From a virus (taxonomy: Duplodnaviria; Caudoviricetes): a DNA stretch of 51,211 nucleotides. Below are positions 28,633 to 36,658 of this stretch, in pieces; position 1 is the first letter of the stretch, and each line of letters opens with the position of its first letter. Both the position numbers and the translations under genes were made by a program. The notes under the pieces were generated by a model, which searched no databases, had not been told where the DNA came from, and saw only the letters and a program-made list of their open reading frames with translations. The DNA is taken from IMG/VR virus record IMGVR_UViG_3300020043_004509, positions 1 through 51,211 of that record, one strand, 5' to 3'.

Positions 28633-29384
28633 TACTGTATTTCCTTAATAACTGTTACATTCTTCCCTTTACTCCACCCACCACAGTCAGTACACTGATG
28701 ACGCTGATGGCGGCCACTCTTTGAGTAACCATAACCGCGTTTCTGTAGGTGTTCTCCACCACAGATAGGACAGCGCCCATCCTTCTCATCGTAGAGATTT
28801 ACATTAGGATGGTTGTTCATCCATCCTCGTAGCTTCTGGTAGACATTACATAGCAAATCTACGTCCTGCTTATTGTATTTAACCATCTTGTACCAGGACT
28901 TCTTATCGCCCCGTAGACAGCCGAGCCATAGCTCAAAACCTCCTGTATCAATCTTACGCCCGACACCCAGCAAGTTGCCAAGGTCATCTAGTTTATTACT
29001 GTTTAGTTTAAAATACTTCTTTGCCACCTTAAGTGTATCAATAGTCTTGTACGATGATGGCGGCGTTAGTCCGTGAAAAAGGAATCTTGAGTTTGACTTC
29101 TTAATATCAAAAGCATCTCCGTTGTGAGCGACTATTATGTCTGCTTCATCAAATAGTTCCCATAGTTTTCTGACAAGTTCTTTGTCGTTGTGCGGGTCTT
29201 TCTTATAGGTCTTGTAGTCTGGTAGGGCGCAAGCGTGTGTCTTACCGTTATTCCAACGATAGGCGAAGCTTATCATATACCACTCCCTTTCAAATTCTAT
29301 AACATTCTGCTCCCATTTACCCCATGTATATGAAAGGTTTGGAGAAGTCTCAATGTCATAATATAAAATCTTTGGTTCTTTCAT
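28632..29384 (-). CDS. DEDDy 3'-5' exonuclease (RNase_H_2/YprB-like) with C-terminal Zn ribbon
   Basis: 'YDIET', 'HNGDAFD', 'YNKQDV', CPIC/CTDC. Confidence 0.85.
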   Translation of the reverse strand: MKEPKILYYDIETSPNLSYTWGKWEQNVIEFEREWYMISFAYRWNNGKTHACALPDYKTYKKDPHNDKELVRKLWELFDEADIIVAHNGDAFDIKKSNSRFLFHGLTPPSSYKTIDTLKVAKKYFKLNSNKLDDLGNLLGVGRKIDTGGFELWLGCLRGDKKSWYKMVKYNKQDVDLLCNVYQKLRGWMNNHPNVNLYDEKDGRCPICGGEHLQKRGYGYSKSGRHQRHQCTDCGGWSKGKNVTVIKEIQ

Positions 29385-29405
29385 TATTTATTTATCGACA
29401 TGAGT

Positions 29406-29434
29406 ATTATAGCATAAATGTATTACAAATACAA
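29406..29434 (-). promoter_or_regulatory. Sigma70 promoter
   Basis: TTGTAT-17-TATAAT with TG extension. Confidence 0.7.
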
Positions 29435-29477
29435 GCTTAAATAAAACTCAAACACACATTGTCTGAGATGTAAAGTG

Positions 29478-29550
29478 TAGGCAATCTAGGAATTGAACCT
29501 AGGACTTGCGAGGTATAAGCTCGCTACTCTGACCACTGAGTTAATTGCCT
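29478..29550 (-). tRNA. tRNA-Ile(UAU); CCA not encoded
   Basis: Full cloverleaf AGGCAAT/ATTGCCT; ACTC/GAGT; GCGAG-CTTATAC-CTCGC; CTAGG-TTCAATT-CCTAG. Confidence 0.92.
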
Positions 29551-29552
29551 AT

Positions 29553-29692
29553 AGTTGCCCACTGAAGGGCTGACGGTACGTCTACCATCCTACGTGGTGC
29601 CTGGTTCGCTTACGTCCCGATTACGGGAGTGGCAGAGGCGTGCATACCCTATACAACCGCATAGGACTCGACAGAATACTGTCTCCACTTGT
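29553..29692 (-). ncRNA. Putative structured ncRNA co-transcribed with tRNA-Ile
   Basis: Five hairpins between a promoter and the tRNA; G-U wobbles favour the minus strand. Confidence 0.55.
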
Positions 29693-29698
29693 ACTGAC

Positions 29699-29740
29699 AT
29701 TGTATCATGCTGTAACACAGAATGCAAGTACTTATCCACA
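29699..29740 (-). promoter_or_regulatory. Promoter with upstream DnaA-box
   Basis: TGTGGATAA-4-TTGCAT-17-TACAAT. Confidence 0.75.
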
Positions 29741-29745
29741 GTTAG

Positions 29746-29770
29746 AAAAGCACCCGCGAACGGATGCTTT
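29746..29770. terminator. Rho-independent terminator
   Basis: AAAAGCACCCG-CGAA-CGGATGCTTT; pairs fully (one G-U) on the minus strand. Confidence 0.6.
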
Positions 29771-29818
29771 GTTTTTATGTTCGTCTGTTCCGAACTGTCA
29801 AGACAGAATCACCTCCTT

Positions 29819-30016
29819 TCAACGCTCACGACGGTTGCCGTGGCGATTCCCTCGAATCCTGATATAGAGAGCATCGTCTTCCATATCAGCCTGTTTCAGT
29901 TTGCAGGACTGGCTGCAAAAGAATTTGTCATTGTATTCAAGCATTTCCTTCTGATGCTCAAGCTGTTGGCACCATGCGCATTTGCGGTGTGCTTGAAACT
30001 CAGGTTCTTTGCTCAT
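29819..30016 (-). CDS. Small TRASH/FCS-type zinc-finger protein (start re-called at 30016)
   Basis: CAWC...FCSQSC. Confidence 0.6.
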   Translation of the reverse strand: MSKEPEFQAHRKCAWCQQLEHQKEMLEYNDKFFCSQSCKLKQADMEDDALYIRIRGNRHGNRRER

Positions 30017-30191
30017 GGCCGTTTCCTTGCAGGTGGTTGATGTAGAAATTGTTGGCGCATTGCAGGTTGCAAAACGCATACTGCATCGTACCACGGCCGA
30101 TGTGCCGAGTAACCCACAGCGGTGTCACCGTGTACTGCTTACAACACTGACACATGTATGGCTTCTCAAAGATTGGAAAGTGAGTCTCCAT
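30000..30191 (-). CDS. Small TRASH/FCS-type zinc-finger protein
   Basis: CQCC...FCNLQC; promoter TTGCAA-17-TAGACT at 30255-30227. Confidence 0.6.
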   Translation of the reverse strand: METHFPIFEKPYMCQCCKQYTVTPLWVTRHIGRGTMQYAFCNLQCANNFYINHLQGNGHEQRT

Positions 30192-30261
30192 TTCTGCCTC
30201 CTATGTGAATGAACTTAACTGATATAAGTCTATCACCATTAGAGTAATATTGCAAGATTGA

Positions 30262-31236
30262 CTAGAATAAATCTTGTGCTGTAATGCTCTTGCTCTTCTT
30301 GTTGTAGTTAACCGAACGCTTCTGGAAGAAATCAGTATGCTTGGTGGTCATAACCTCATCGTCAAACCATGATGTCTTGTCAGCAAGCTCTTGATTGATT
30401 TCAAATATGGTAGGGAATCCAGCCTGCTTAAGCGAGTTATTCATGCGCACCTTTATAAACTCGACTACCACTTCTTTAGGAATGAATGACGGTTCGCCTA
30501 GCTCATACATCCAATCTACAACCTTCATCTCATTATTAAATGATACAATAGAAGCGTCGAGCACTTCCTTATCAAGCTCCGTGGTGAACCAGTCTGGGTT
30601 CTCTGAGCGTATGATATTAATTAGCTCTATGCCAAACAGTGCGTGGATTTGCTCCTCTTTACTTGTGGCCTCAACAGCGTTGCTCATACCCTTGAATAGG
30701 TTACGATGCTTATTAAAGCTCATCATAACAAGGAACTGGGCGAAGAGTGAGACATTCTCAATAAACACTGAGAACAGTAATATTGACTTAACGAAGTCTT
30801 TAATATCCTCCTCCTTTGACTTGGCGATAATTCCGCTTAGGAAGTCTATACGCTCCTTAATTACCGGCACCTCTGTAAGAGCTTCAAACTCATCATTAAG
30901 GTTAAGAATCTCTACAAGGTGTGAATACGCATCCATGTGACGTACCTCACTCTCGGCGAATGTGAAGCCAACGGCACCTATCTCTGGCTTTGGCATCTTA
31001 GCATAGAGGCTCCCCCAGAATGTCTTTACATTAACCTCAACCTGAGCAATAGCAAGCATCGCCCGCTTAATCAATTCACGTTCTGCCTCGGTTACATTAA
31101 CCTTGAAGTCCATAATGTCACTGGTGAAGTTGAACTCCGTGTGTACCCAGTAACTGTGCCGTACAGCATCAACGTACTCCACTAGCTGCGGATATTCGTA
31201 TGGCTTCAGCGTCTGTCGTTTCTTAAAAATATTCAT
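30262..31236 (-). CDS. nrdB: Class I ribonucleotide reductase beta subunit, class Id-like
   Basis: Ferritin-fold ligands E67, E97/H100, E160, E195/H198; Y104; K71; C-terminal 'DFFQKRSVNY'. Confidence 0.92.
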   Translation of the reverse strand: MNIFKKRQTLKPYEYPQLVEYVDAVRHSYWVHTEFNFTSDIMDFKVNVTEAERELIKRAMLAIAQVEVNVKTFWGSLYAKMPKPEIGAVGFTFAESEVRHMDAYSHLVEILNLNDEFEALTEVPVIKERIDFLSGIIAKSKEEDIKDFVKSILLFSVFIENVSLFAQFLVMMSFNKHRNLFKGMSNAVEATSKEEQIHALFGIELINIIRSENPDWFTTELDKEVLDASIVSFNNEMKVVDWMYELGEPSFIPKEVVVEFIKVRMNNSLKQAGFPTIFEINQELADKTSWFDDEVMTTKHTDFFQKRSVNYNKKSKSITAQDLF

Positions 31237-31290
31237 AGTAGTGACAATAAAACCACGCTAGGCGTGGCTTACTGTGTAGTGCTTTAACGG

Positions 31291-31485
31291 TTAACCTTCG
31301 CAGCTAATACAAACTCCTGCACGTGGTGACTCGCCTGATGGCATAGATTGAACTTCAATACTATCCTCAATGTCTTCAAGCTGTCGTTTAAGGGCGCGGT
31401 GTTCCTGGTCATCCTCTGAGTAGTCACTCATCTTAGCTCGTACCTCCTCTGCTTTCTTGGTTAGTTCTGCAATGTAGTCTGTCAT
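31291..31485 (-). CDS. 64-aa coiled-coil protein ending in NrdA-like redox tail CISCEG
   Basis: C-terminal 'GVCISCEG*'; start overlaps upstream stop (ATGA). Confidence 0.75.
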   Translation of the reverse strand: MTDYIAELTKKAEEVRAKMSDYSEDDQEHRALKRQLEDIEDSIEVQSMPSGESPRAGVCISCEG

Positions 31486-31934
31486 AATCGTTTAGACCAG
31501 CAGGATTGAGATGCTCTCCATGGCTGAGTGCCCTGGGTATCGTATAGATAGCTTGCATAGCCCCAATTTCCTTCCGGTGTGAAAATATCGTATCCAAGCG
31601 CCGTAGCTGTTTTGAGATGGTAGTGAGTATTAATCTGACACATACCTGTATCTCTGCTATCGACACGACCAGTAATAACTGTTACACCATCGCGTTCATA
31701 TTGCTGTGGTTCGCCAGTGCCATAGATATCACTCTCACAGCTACAAATAGCTTTAAGTACTGGATTATCTAGGACAAGAGGTTCCTCTACAACAACTTCT
31801 TCTACGATTACTACTTCTGGTGTAACTTCTGCGATTGGCTCTGGCTGCTTATCCTTTGCAAAGGCAAGGAATAATGGCGCAATCAGGGCGGCGACTGTCA
31901 GTAGTGCGACAAGTCTTAGTGGTTTATTTAAAAT
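31482..31934 (-). CDS. Signal-anchored lysozyme/lytic-transglycosylase-like protein, non-canonical start; not in ORF track
   Basis: Hand translation: hydrophobic N-term, 'AICSCES', 'DTGMCQINTHYH', 'GNWGYASYLY..QGTQPW..SQSCW'; start position uncertain. Confidence 0.8.
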   Translation of the reverse strand: MLNKPLRLVALLTVAALIAPLFLAFAKDKQPEPIAEVTPEVVIVEEVVVEEPLVLDNPVLKAICSCESDIYGTGEPQQYERDGVTVITGRVDSRDTGMCQINTHYHLKTATALGYDIFTPEGNWGYASYLYDTQGTQPWRASQSCWSKRL

Positions 31935-32046
31935 AAGCCTTAATATTACCCCCGACTTTCACGATACCATTTGCTTCCGTGACTTGAGATGGTATGCCTT
32001 GGGTTCTGACAAGCAGATGATTAAATTACCGTTAGGTAAGGGGTTT

Positions 32047-32075
32047 AGTATACCAAACTATTAGTATTACTTCAA
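32047..32075 (-). promoter_or_regulatory. Promoter for lysozyme leader
   Basis: TTGAAG-17-TATACT with TG extension. Confidence 0.75.
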
Positions 32076-32076
32076 C

Positions 32077-32916
32077 CTATTCAATGGGTAAAACTTCTAG
32101 CTCAATCTTGTTCCATCCGTCTGAATAATGGTATAAATCTAGCCCCTCGACAGTCCATCCTTTCTGCTTAAGTATGTCTGCATAGAATGATAGTTGATGC
32201 TGATACTGTGTGAGACTATCTTTCTTGAGTTCAAAGTTAGTCTTATAGTCACCAATGCGACACACCTTTTTATCTATGTCAAGTATCTGAAGTCTGTCGA
32301 TACGTCCAGCACGCTTGTTTGCAACATCAGAGATTAGGACTTCACTCTCGGCTTCGTCACCAAACTGTTCAACGAAAGAAAGTACAATGTCACGCAAGTA
32401 ATGAATCTTAGGCAGTGCGTAGTTGTCATCCATATCCTTGAGGCTCTGAATCTTACTACCCATCTTATGATAACGATGGTATACCTCTAGGGCTGTATGG
32501 ATTGCAGAACCGTATTCAGTAGAAAGGCGGCCATTCATATCCCAAAGCTCACCCAACTCTACACTGTCTACGTCCCATGCCTTAGCAGTCTTAGGTAGCA
32601 GCATCTCCTTGTTGAATTGAGGAACCTTAGTGGCAGCATAGGCTGAACCAGACAAGAGAGCGTTACCATTCTCATCGAAGTATTTATGCAGGTGGTCGTT
32701 GTAGATAACAAACTCATCTGTGAATGTTTTAAGTTTGACTCCATCACCAGTTTTGGACACCAGTGGACGTTCTCCAAACTTATCCCAGATAGATTGAATA
32801 TGTTTCTCTGCATCTGCCTTGAGCGCTTCAATATCATCACCCTCTAGTTCAATCTCTGGTTGCAGGTTCCCGTATTGAACGGTGGGGATAACAGCGGCAA
32901 GTTTATATTTATACAT
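32077..32916 (-). CDS. PD-(D/E)XK exonuclease (RecB/Cas4-like)
   Basis: 'GSAIHTALE', 'AGRIDRL', 'GDYKT', 'YQHQLSFY'. Confidence 0.85.
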   Translation of the reverse strand: MYKYKLAAVIPTVQYGNLQPEIELEGDDIEALKADAEKHIQSIWDKFGERPLVSKTGDGVKLKTFTDEFVIYNDHLHKYFDENGNALLSGSAYAATKVPQFNKEMLLPKTAKAWDVDSVELGELWDMNGRLSTEYGSAIHTALEVYHRYHKMGSKIQSLKDMDDNYALPKIHYLRDIVLSFVEQFGDEAESEVLISDVANKRAGRIDRLQILDIDKKVCRIGDYKTNFELKKDSLTQYQHQLSFYADILKQKGWTVEGLDLYHYSDGWNKIELEVLPIE

Positions 32917-33125
32917 TATTCGTTTTGGTGAATAAATTCATTGAGGAGTTCCTTCACCTCATCTGAATCAAGCTCATAAAGTGCTGCGGGTACTGCCAGG
33001 TCAAGCATTGCGCCAAGTGTCATACCTGGTACAAGCTGCCATGCTTTCTTGAGGGTGCGAATCACTCCATCAATGTCTTGTTCTGAGCTATGGTCTTCAT
33101 CCCATTCATCAAAGTCATCATCCAT
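32916..33125 (-). CDS. Hypothetical acidic protein
   Basis: 69 aa, overlap-coupled on both sides. Confidence 0.65.
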   Translation of the reverse strand: MDDDFDEWDEDHSSEQDIDGVIRTLKKAWQLVPGMTLGAMLDLAVPAALYELDSDEVKELLNEFIHQNE

Positions 33126-33618
33126 AAATCTCTAACTTATCACTAAACTTTTCAACAACTTCCTGCGATTCAACCAGTGGAACTTTCTGTAGATTCCCTG
33201 TTTCATTACATCGTCGCATAACCATGTAAGTATATGTTCGCTTGCCAGTGTTGTCAGTTTCGTGGTCGTAAAGCTGCTCTCTCAAGTCTTGATATGAGAG
33301 TGTTCGAGCCTCGTTAATAATCTCCTCTGTTACCCCTTCTTTCTTTAGTAGCTTCCAATACCTTGCCGGAATAGTTGACAACTCAGGAAAAGTCTTGGAT
33401 AATTCATACATGTCTATTAAGTGTTTTGCTTCCTGAACAGTAAGTCCAATCTCAGGCTGAGAAAGGTACTGATGCCAGGTATCTATCCCAGCACCAATTA
33501 CTTTCTTGAACTCACCATCCTTCAGTTCTCCTAGTGCTTCACCTATACTTAATGATATCTCATTTCGTACCTGAAGTTTTGCCAGGAGACCTATGTGCTT
33601 AGAAATCGCTAGGGTCAA
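33118..33618 (-). CDS. Hypothetical protein
   Basis: 166 aa in replication operon. Confidence 0.7.
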   Translation of the reverse strand: MTLAISKHIGLLAKLQVRNEISLSIGEALGELKDGEFKKVIGAGIDTWHQYLSQPEIGLTVQEAKHLIDMYELSKTFPELSTIPARYWKLLKKEGVTEEIINEARTLSYQDLREQLYDHETDNTGKRTYTYMVMRRCNETGNLQKVPLVESQEVVEKFSDKLEIYG

Positions 33619-33946
33619 CTGCTGCCTGCGGTGCTGGTACTGCGTCAGCGGCCTCTACAAGCGGTTCTACGCCCTCTGGGAGCTTGAAGTTGATGAACTC
33701 TGACGGTGTTCCATCTGCCTTAGTTCCCTTGACTCGTAGAAGGTTAATTTTTACCTTGTCGCCCTCCTTCCATGAATCAGTTACCCCTTTCTTTCCGAAG
33801 CCTGATAGCCATCGGCCGTCACGCTGAAATGAATCCCCGTTAATATCCATGAGGCTATCCTCTGCTACTGCTAGACCAAGGCTCTCGTAGTCTCCTTTCT
33901 TGCCCTGTCGAATTTGTCGGTTAATCTTTGAAATTGTTACAATCAT
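33599..33946 (-). CDS. Putative single-stranded DNA-binding protein (OB fold)
   Basis: Beta-rich 115 aa with acidic tail ending 'DPSDF'; context. Confidence 0.55.
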   Translation of the reverse strand: MIVTISKINRQIRQGKKGDYESLGLAVAEDSLMDINGDSFQRDGRWLSGFGKKGVTDSWKEGDKVKINLLRVKGTKADGTPSEFINFKLPEGVEPLVEAADAVPAPQAAVDPSDF

Positions 33947-33947
33947 A

Positions 33948-34211
33948 TTATAGTTTTATTAGTTCTTTTACTGCTTCATTAAATGGTATTCCTAGAGCAA
34001 CACAGAAATCAATTGCATTGTGGCCGTTTTTACCGCAGCCAAAGCAGTGATAAGAGTTGTTAGGGTATAGGGCGAACGATGGGCTGTGGTCTCTGTGGTC
34101 GGGGAACGGGCACGATATAGATACCCTACGCCCTGGATTTGAGAGACCCAGCAAAGTGTATATACTAACATCTCTTGCTCGTTGAATATCTTCTTTAGTA
34201 ATCATCGTCAT
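33948..34211 (-). CDS. Stand-alone CHC2 zinc-binding domain of primase
   Basis: 'CPFPDHRDHSPSF...YHCFGCGKNGHNAIDF...FNEAVKEL'. Confidence 0.88.
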   Translation of the reverse strand: MTMITKEDIQRARDVSIYTLLGLSNPGRRVSISCPFPDHRDHSPSFALYPNNSYHCFGCGKNGHNAIDFCVALGIPFNEAVKELIKL

Positions 34212-35649
34212 AATCTGATAGAACGCCCGTTGATGAGTTCATGCTAAATCTCTTACATGTCATTTCTCCCTTGTTCTTCACTATATCTATATCCACAGTG
34301 CCCTCCTCTTCAGATGAAAGCATGATGACACATTCAGGGTCTTGATATAGTGATGAGCTGCCCTTAAGGTCTTCGATTCCAGGCTTTCTTGATATGGCGG
34401 CACCTGCCTGTTCAATCTTGCGAATGTGCGTCACTACGATGAATACAATCTTGTGCTGTTCTGCTATGCGCTTAAGCTCTTGCATTGTATTAGAAATCTC
34501 AGTCTCACGATTGCCTGATGTGTGGCGAATCAAGTAGTCTAGGTGGTCTACAATCACGAACTTGGTATCGAATAGACGTTTAGATTTTATAATCGTGTCT
34601 ATGATATCCTCCTTCTTTGGAACTGTAAAGTACACCGGGAGGTCTACTACTTTGTCGATGTGCTTACCCCAGTCTACTTTGGACGTAAACTTGAGAGCAT
34701 CGGCACTCTTATTAAATAGCACCTGTAGAAATCGCTTACCTACACTGATGTTGCCACGCTCGAATGGCATAACAAGGCACGGAATCTTCTTCTCTGCTAG
34801 TTCCTTAACCATATTAAGGATTACCGTTGTCTTACCTATGTTCGACTTACCAGATAGAACGATTAGCCAGTCCTTCTCAATTTGCACCTTTGGAATCAGC
34901 GTAATCTCGTAGGCATCGTCTTCATCCTCCATGAAGTTGACGATGATATCTCCAACACTCTTGAACTGATGTGAGTAGAATGGAGATGCTACCTTGATTA
35001 GATTAAGAAAATCTTCTTTCGTACCCTGTTTAAAGAAATCATTTGCATCCTTAATTCCGCTAGGGTATTTAACTTCAAACGTCTTCTCTACTCCTGTTCT
35101 GTCTGCAAACTTCACTGCTGTAGACTTCCCTGCTTCGTCGTTATCATAGGCTAGGTACACTCGTGGGATAGTGTCTAGCAGTTCAAGCCATACTCCATAG
35201 CTATCCTTACCTGATGCTGGAGATACTACGTTCTTGATTCCAGCCTGCCAGCACGCCATGAGGTCAAACTCTCCTTCTACGACTAGTACGCCACCCTTCT
35301 TACGAGCCTCCTCTATACCTTCTTCATGGTAGAGCCACACCTCAGCGCCGGTCTCCTGGGTATACTTGGCCTTGTCTGGGTTAAGTAGTCTGTACTTGAT
35401 ATTGATAAGTTCTTTGTTCTTGAACACGGGGATTGCTACAGCATTCTTGCTTTCGTCATACCCTAGTTCAAAGTGCCGGATTGTTTCTTCATTAAACGCT
35501 CTCTCGTTTTTGAGGTATGTTAGAGCCTCTTGCCCTGTATCATTCCACAATGCTTCTTTCATCTTGTCAAGTGAATCACGAGGCGGTTTTATGTAGTCCT
35601 TACCAACCGCCTGCCTGATTGACATTATTCTCTCAGTAAATTCTGACAT
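34195..35649 (-). CDS. TOPRIM primase-DnaB-like helicase fusion (T7 gp4/Twinkle-like) lacking zinc domain
   Basis: 'VVEGEFD', 'YDNDEAG', 'KDAND', Walker A 'GKSNIGKT', 'IVDHL', 'DLKGSS'. Confidence 0.9.
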   Translation of the reverse strand: MSEFTERIMSIRQAVGKDYIKPPRDSLDKMKEALWNDTGQEALTYLKNERAFNEETIRHFELGYDESKNAVAIPVFKNKELINIKYRLLNPDKAKYTQETGAEVWLYHEEGIEEARKKGGVLVVEGEFDLMACWQAGIKNVVSPASGKDSYGVWLELLDTIPRVYLAYDNDEAGKSTAVKFADRTGVEKTFEVKYPSGIKDANDFFKQGTKEDFLNLIKVASPFYSHQFKSVGDIIVNFMEDEDDAYEITLIPKVQIEKDWLIVLSGKSNIGKTTVILNMVKELAEKKIPCLVMPFERGNISVGKRFLQVLFNKSADALKFTSKVDWGKHIDKVVDLPVYFTVPKKEDIIDTIIKSKRLFDTKFVIVDHLDYLIRHTSGNRETEISNTMQELKRIAEQHKIVFIVVTHIRKIEQAGAAISRKPGIEDLKGSSSLYQDPECVIMLSSEEEGTVDIDIVKNKGEMTCKRFSMNSSTGVLSDYDDDY

Positions 35650-36497
35650 TAAAATTCAATACCATTGCCTACGTCTGTAACTGATAATCCAAGTTGTCTC
35701 CACATGCGTATAACTGAAGGTCTGTCGTCGTATACGTTCTCTACATTAAGATTTTTAAGGAACCTATTGTATAGCTGTTCTTTAACCATAGTGTCAGGTC
35801 GCTTGTCACCACTGCGACGCATAAGCAAATAGTCAGTAGGAAGGCAACATGACTTAAGAAACTCTGTCGTAATGTCTCGGTAGTCTTCAGGTCGAGCAGA
35901 AACAAAGATTATCTGTTTACCTGCCACAATATCGTTCTCAAGCATCTCTCTAACTTCCGCACGAACAGTATCTCCATCCATTGCTCCAAAGAATCCAGCC
36001 CAATCCTTCTTCTCTCCTGTCACGAAGTGGCGGCGGTGTTCAATATCAGCAATGGTTCCATCAATATCGCATACCACGACAGGTTTATCAATATTGACAA
36101 GACCGTATTCTAGTGCCATATTGTTAATGACCTGATACCCCACCTCCTTGACCCGCCCCTTATCACGCGCTATACACTCTGCTACTGGTGTGTTGCTACT
36201 TACAACCTCAAATTCAGCTGCGTATAGCCTTGCTACTTCGTGCCACATGTCTATATTGGCAGGGTTAAGGTTGCAGTCATCAACTACGACGCTGCGGCCT
36301 TGACCGAGATATCCCCGCACTACGAACTTCTCGATATCGACAACCATGTGCTCATCACGGAATGCACCGAAGTTAAGCATCTCACGAATTGAGTCACGGT
36401 TGACACGGTATACCCCCTCCTTAACTAGCTCCTTGGCATAGGTGCTCTTGCCCGATGCAGGAAGCCCCTTAAGCATTATTAGTTTTGGCTTGTTCAT
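35649..36497 (-). CDS. pseT: Polynucleotide 5'-kinase/3'-phosphatase (T4 PseT-like)
   Basis: 'GLPASGKST', 'NRDSIR', HAD 'DIDGT', 'SAR', 'DDR'. Confidence 0.92.
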   Translation of the reverse strand: MNKPKLIMLKGLPASGKSTYAKELVKEGVYRVNRDSIREMLNFGAFRDEHMVVDIEKFVVRGYLGQGRSVVVDDCNLNPANIDMWHEVARLYAAEFEVVSSNTPVAECIARDKGRVKEVGYQVINNMALEYGLVNIDKPVVVCDIDGTIADIEHRRHFVTGEKKDWAGFFGAMDGDTVRAEVREMLENDIVAGKQIIFVSARPEDYRDITTEFLKSCCLPTDYLLMRRSGDKRPDTMVKEQLYNRFLKNLNVENVYDDRPSVIRMWRQLGLSVTDVGNGIEF

Positions 36498-36658
36498 AGA
36501 AGACTATTATTGTTTATAAAAAACTTAGCGCTTTGCCATAAATCGTTTAGTTCTTGGTCATCAGAACTTATTGGCATTTGCTGCCCGTATAATTTACCGT
36601 CCTTCCGTACAAGTACGGCTATATGATTGTCTTCAATAGACTCTATAGAATCTGTCAT
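36494..36658 (-). CDS. Small hypothetical protein (54 aa), not in ORF track
   Basis: ATGA overlaps at both ends. Confidence 0.6.
   Translation of the reverse strand: MTDSIESIEDNHIAVLVRKDGKLYGQQMPISSDDQELNDLWQSAKFFINNNSLL

Noticed and set aside
29553-29692. HDV-like/theta or hammerhead ribozyme call
   Set aside because: GCGAA is present but P1/P3/L3 could not be fitted; no CUGANGA/GAAA core; element lies 5' rather than 3' of the tRNA.
29555-30040. 161-aa plus-strand ORF
   Set aside because: Overlaps the minus-strand promoter, terminator, structured RNA and zinc-finger gene; no protein-like features.
31433-31666. 77-aa ORF in track
   Set aside because: Wrong frame; the lysozyme-like frame 31482-31934 explains the region.
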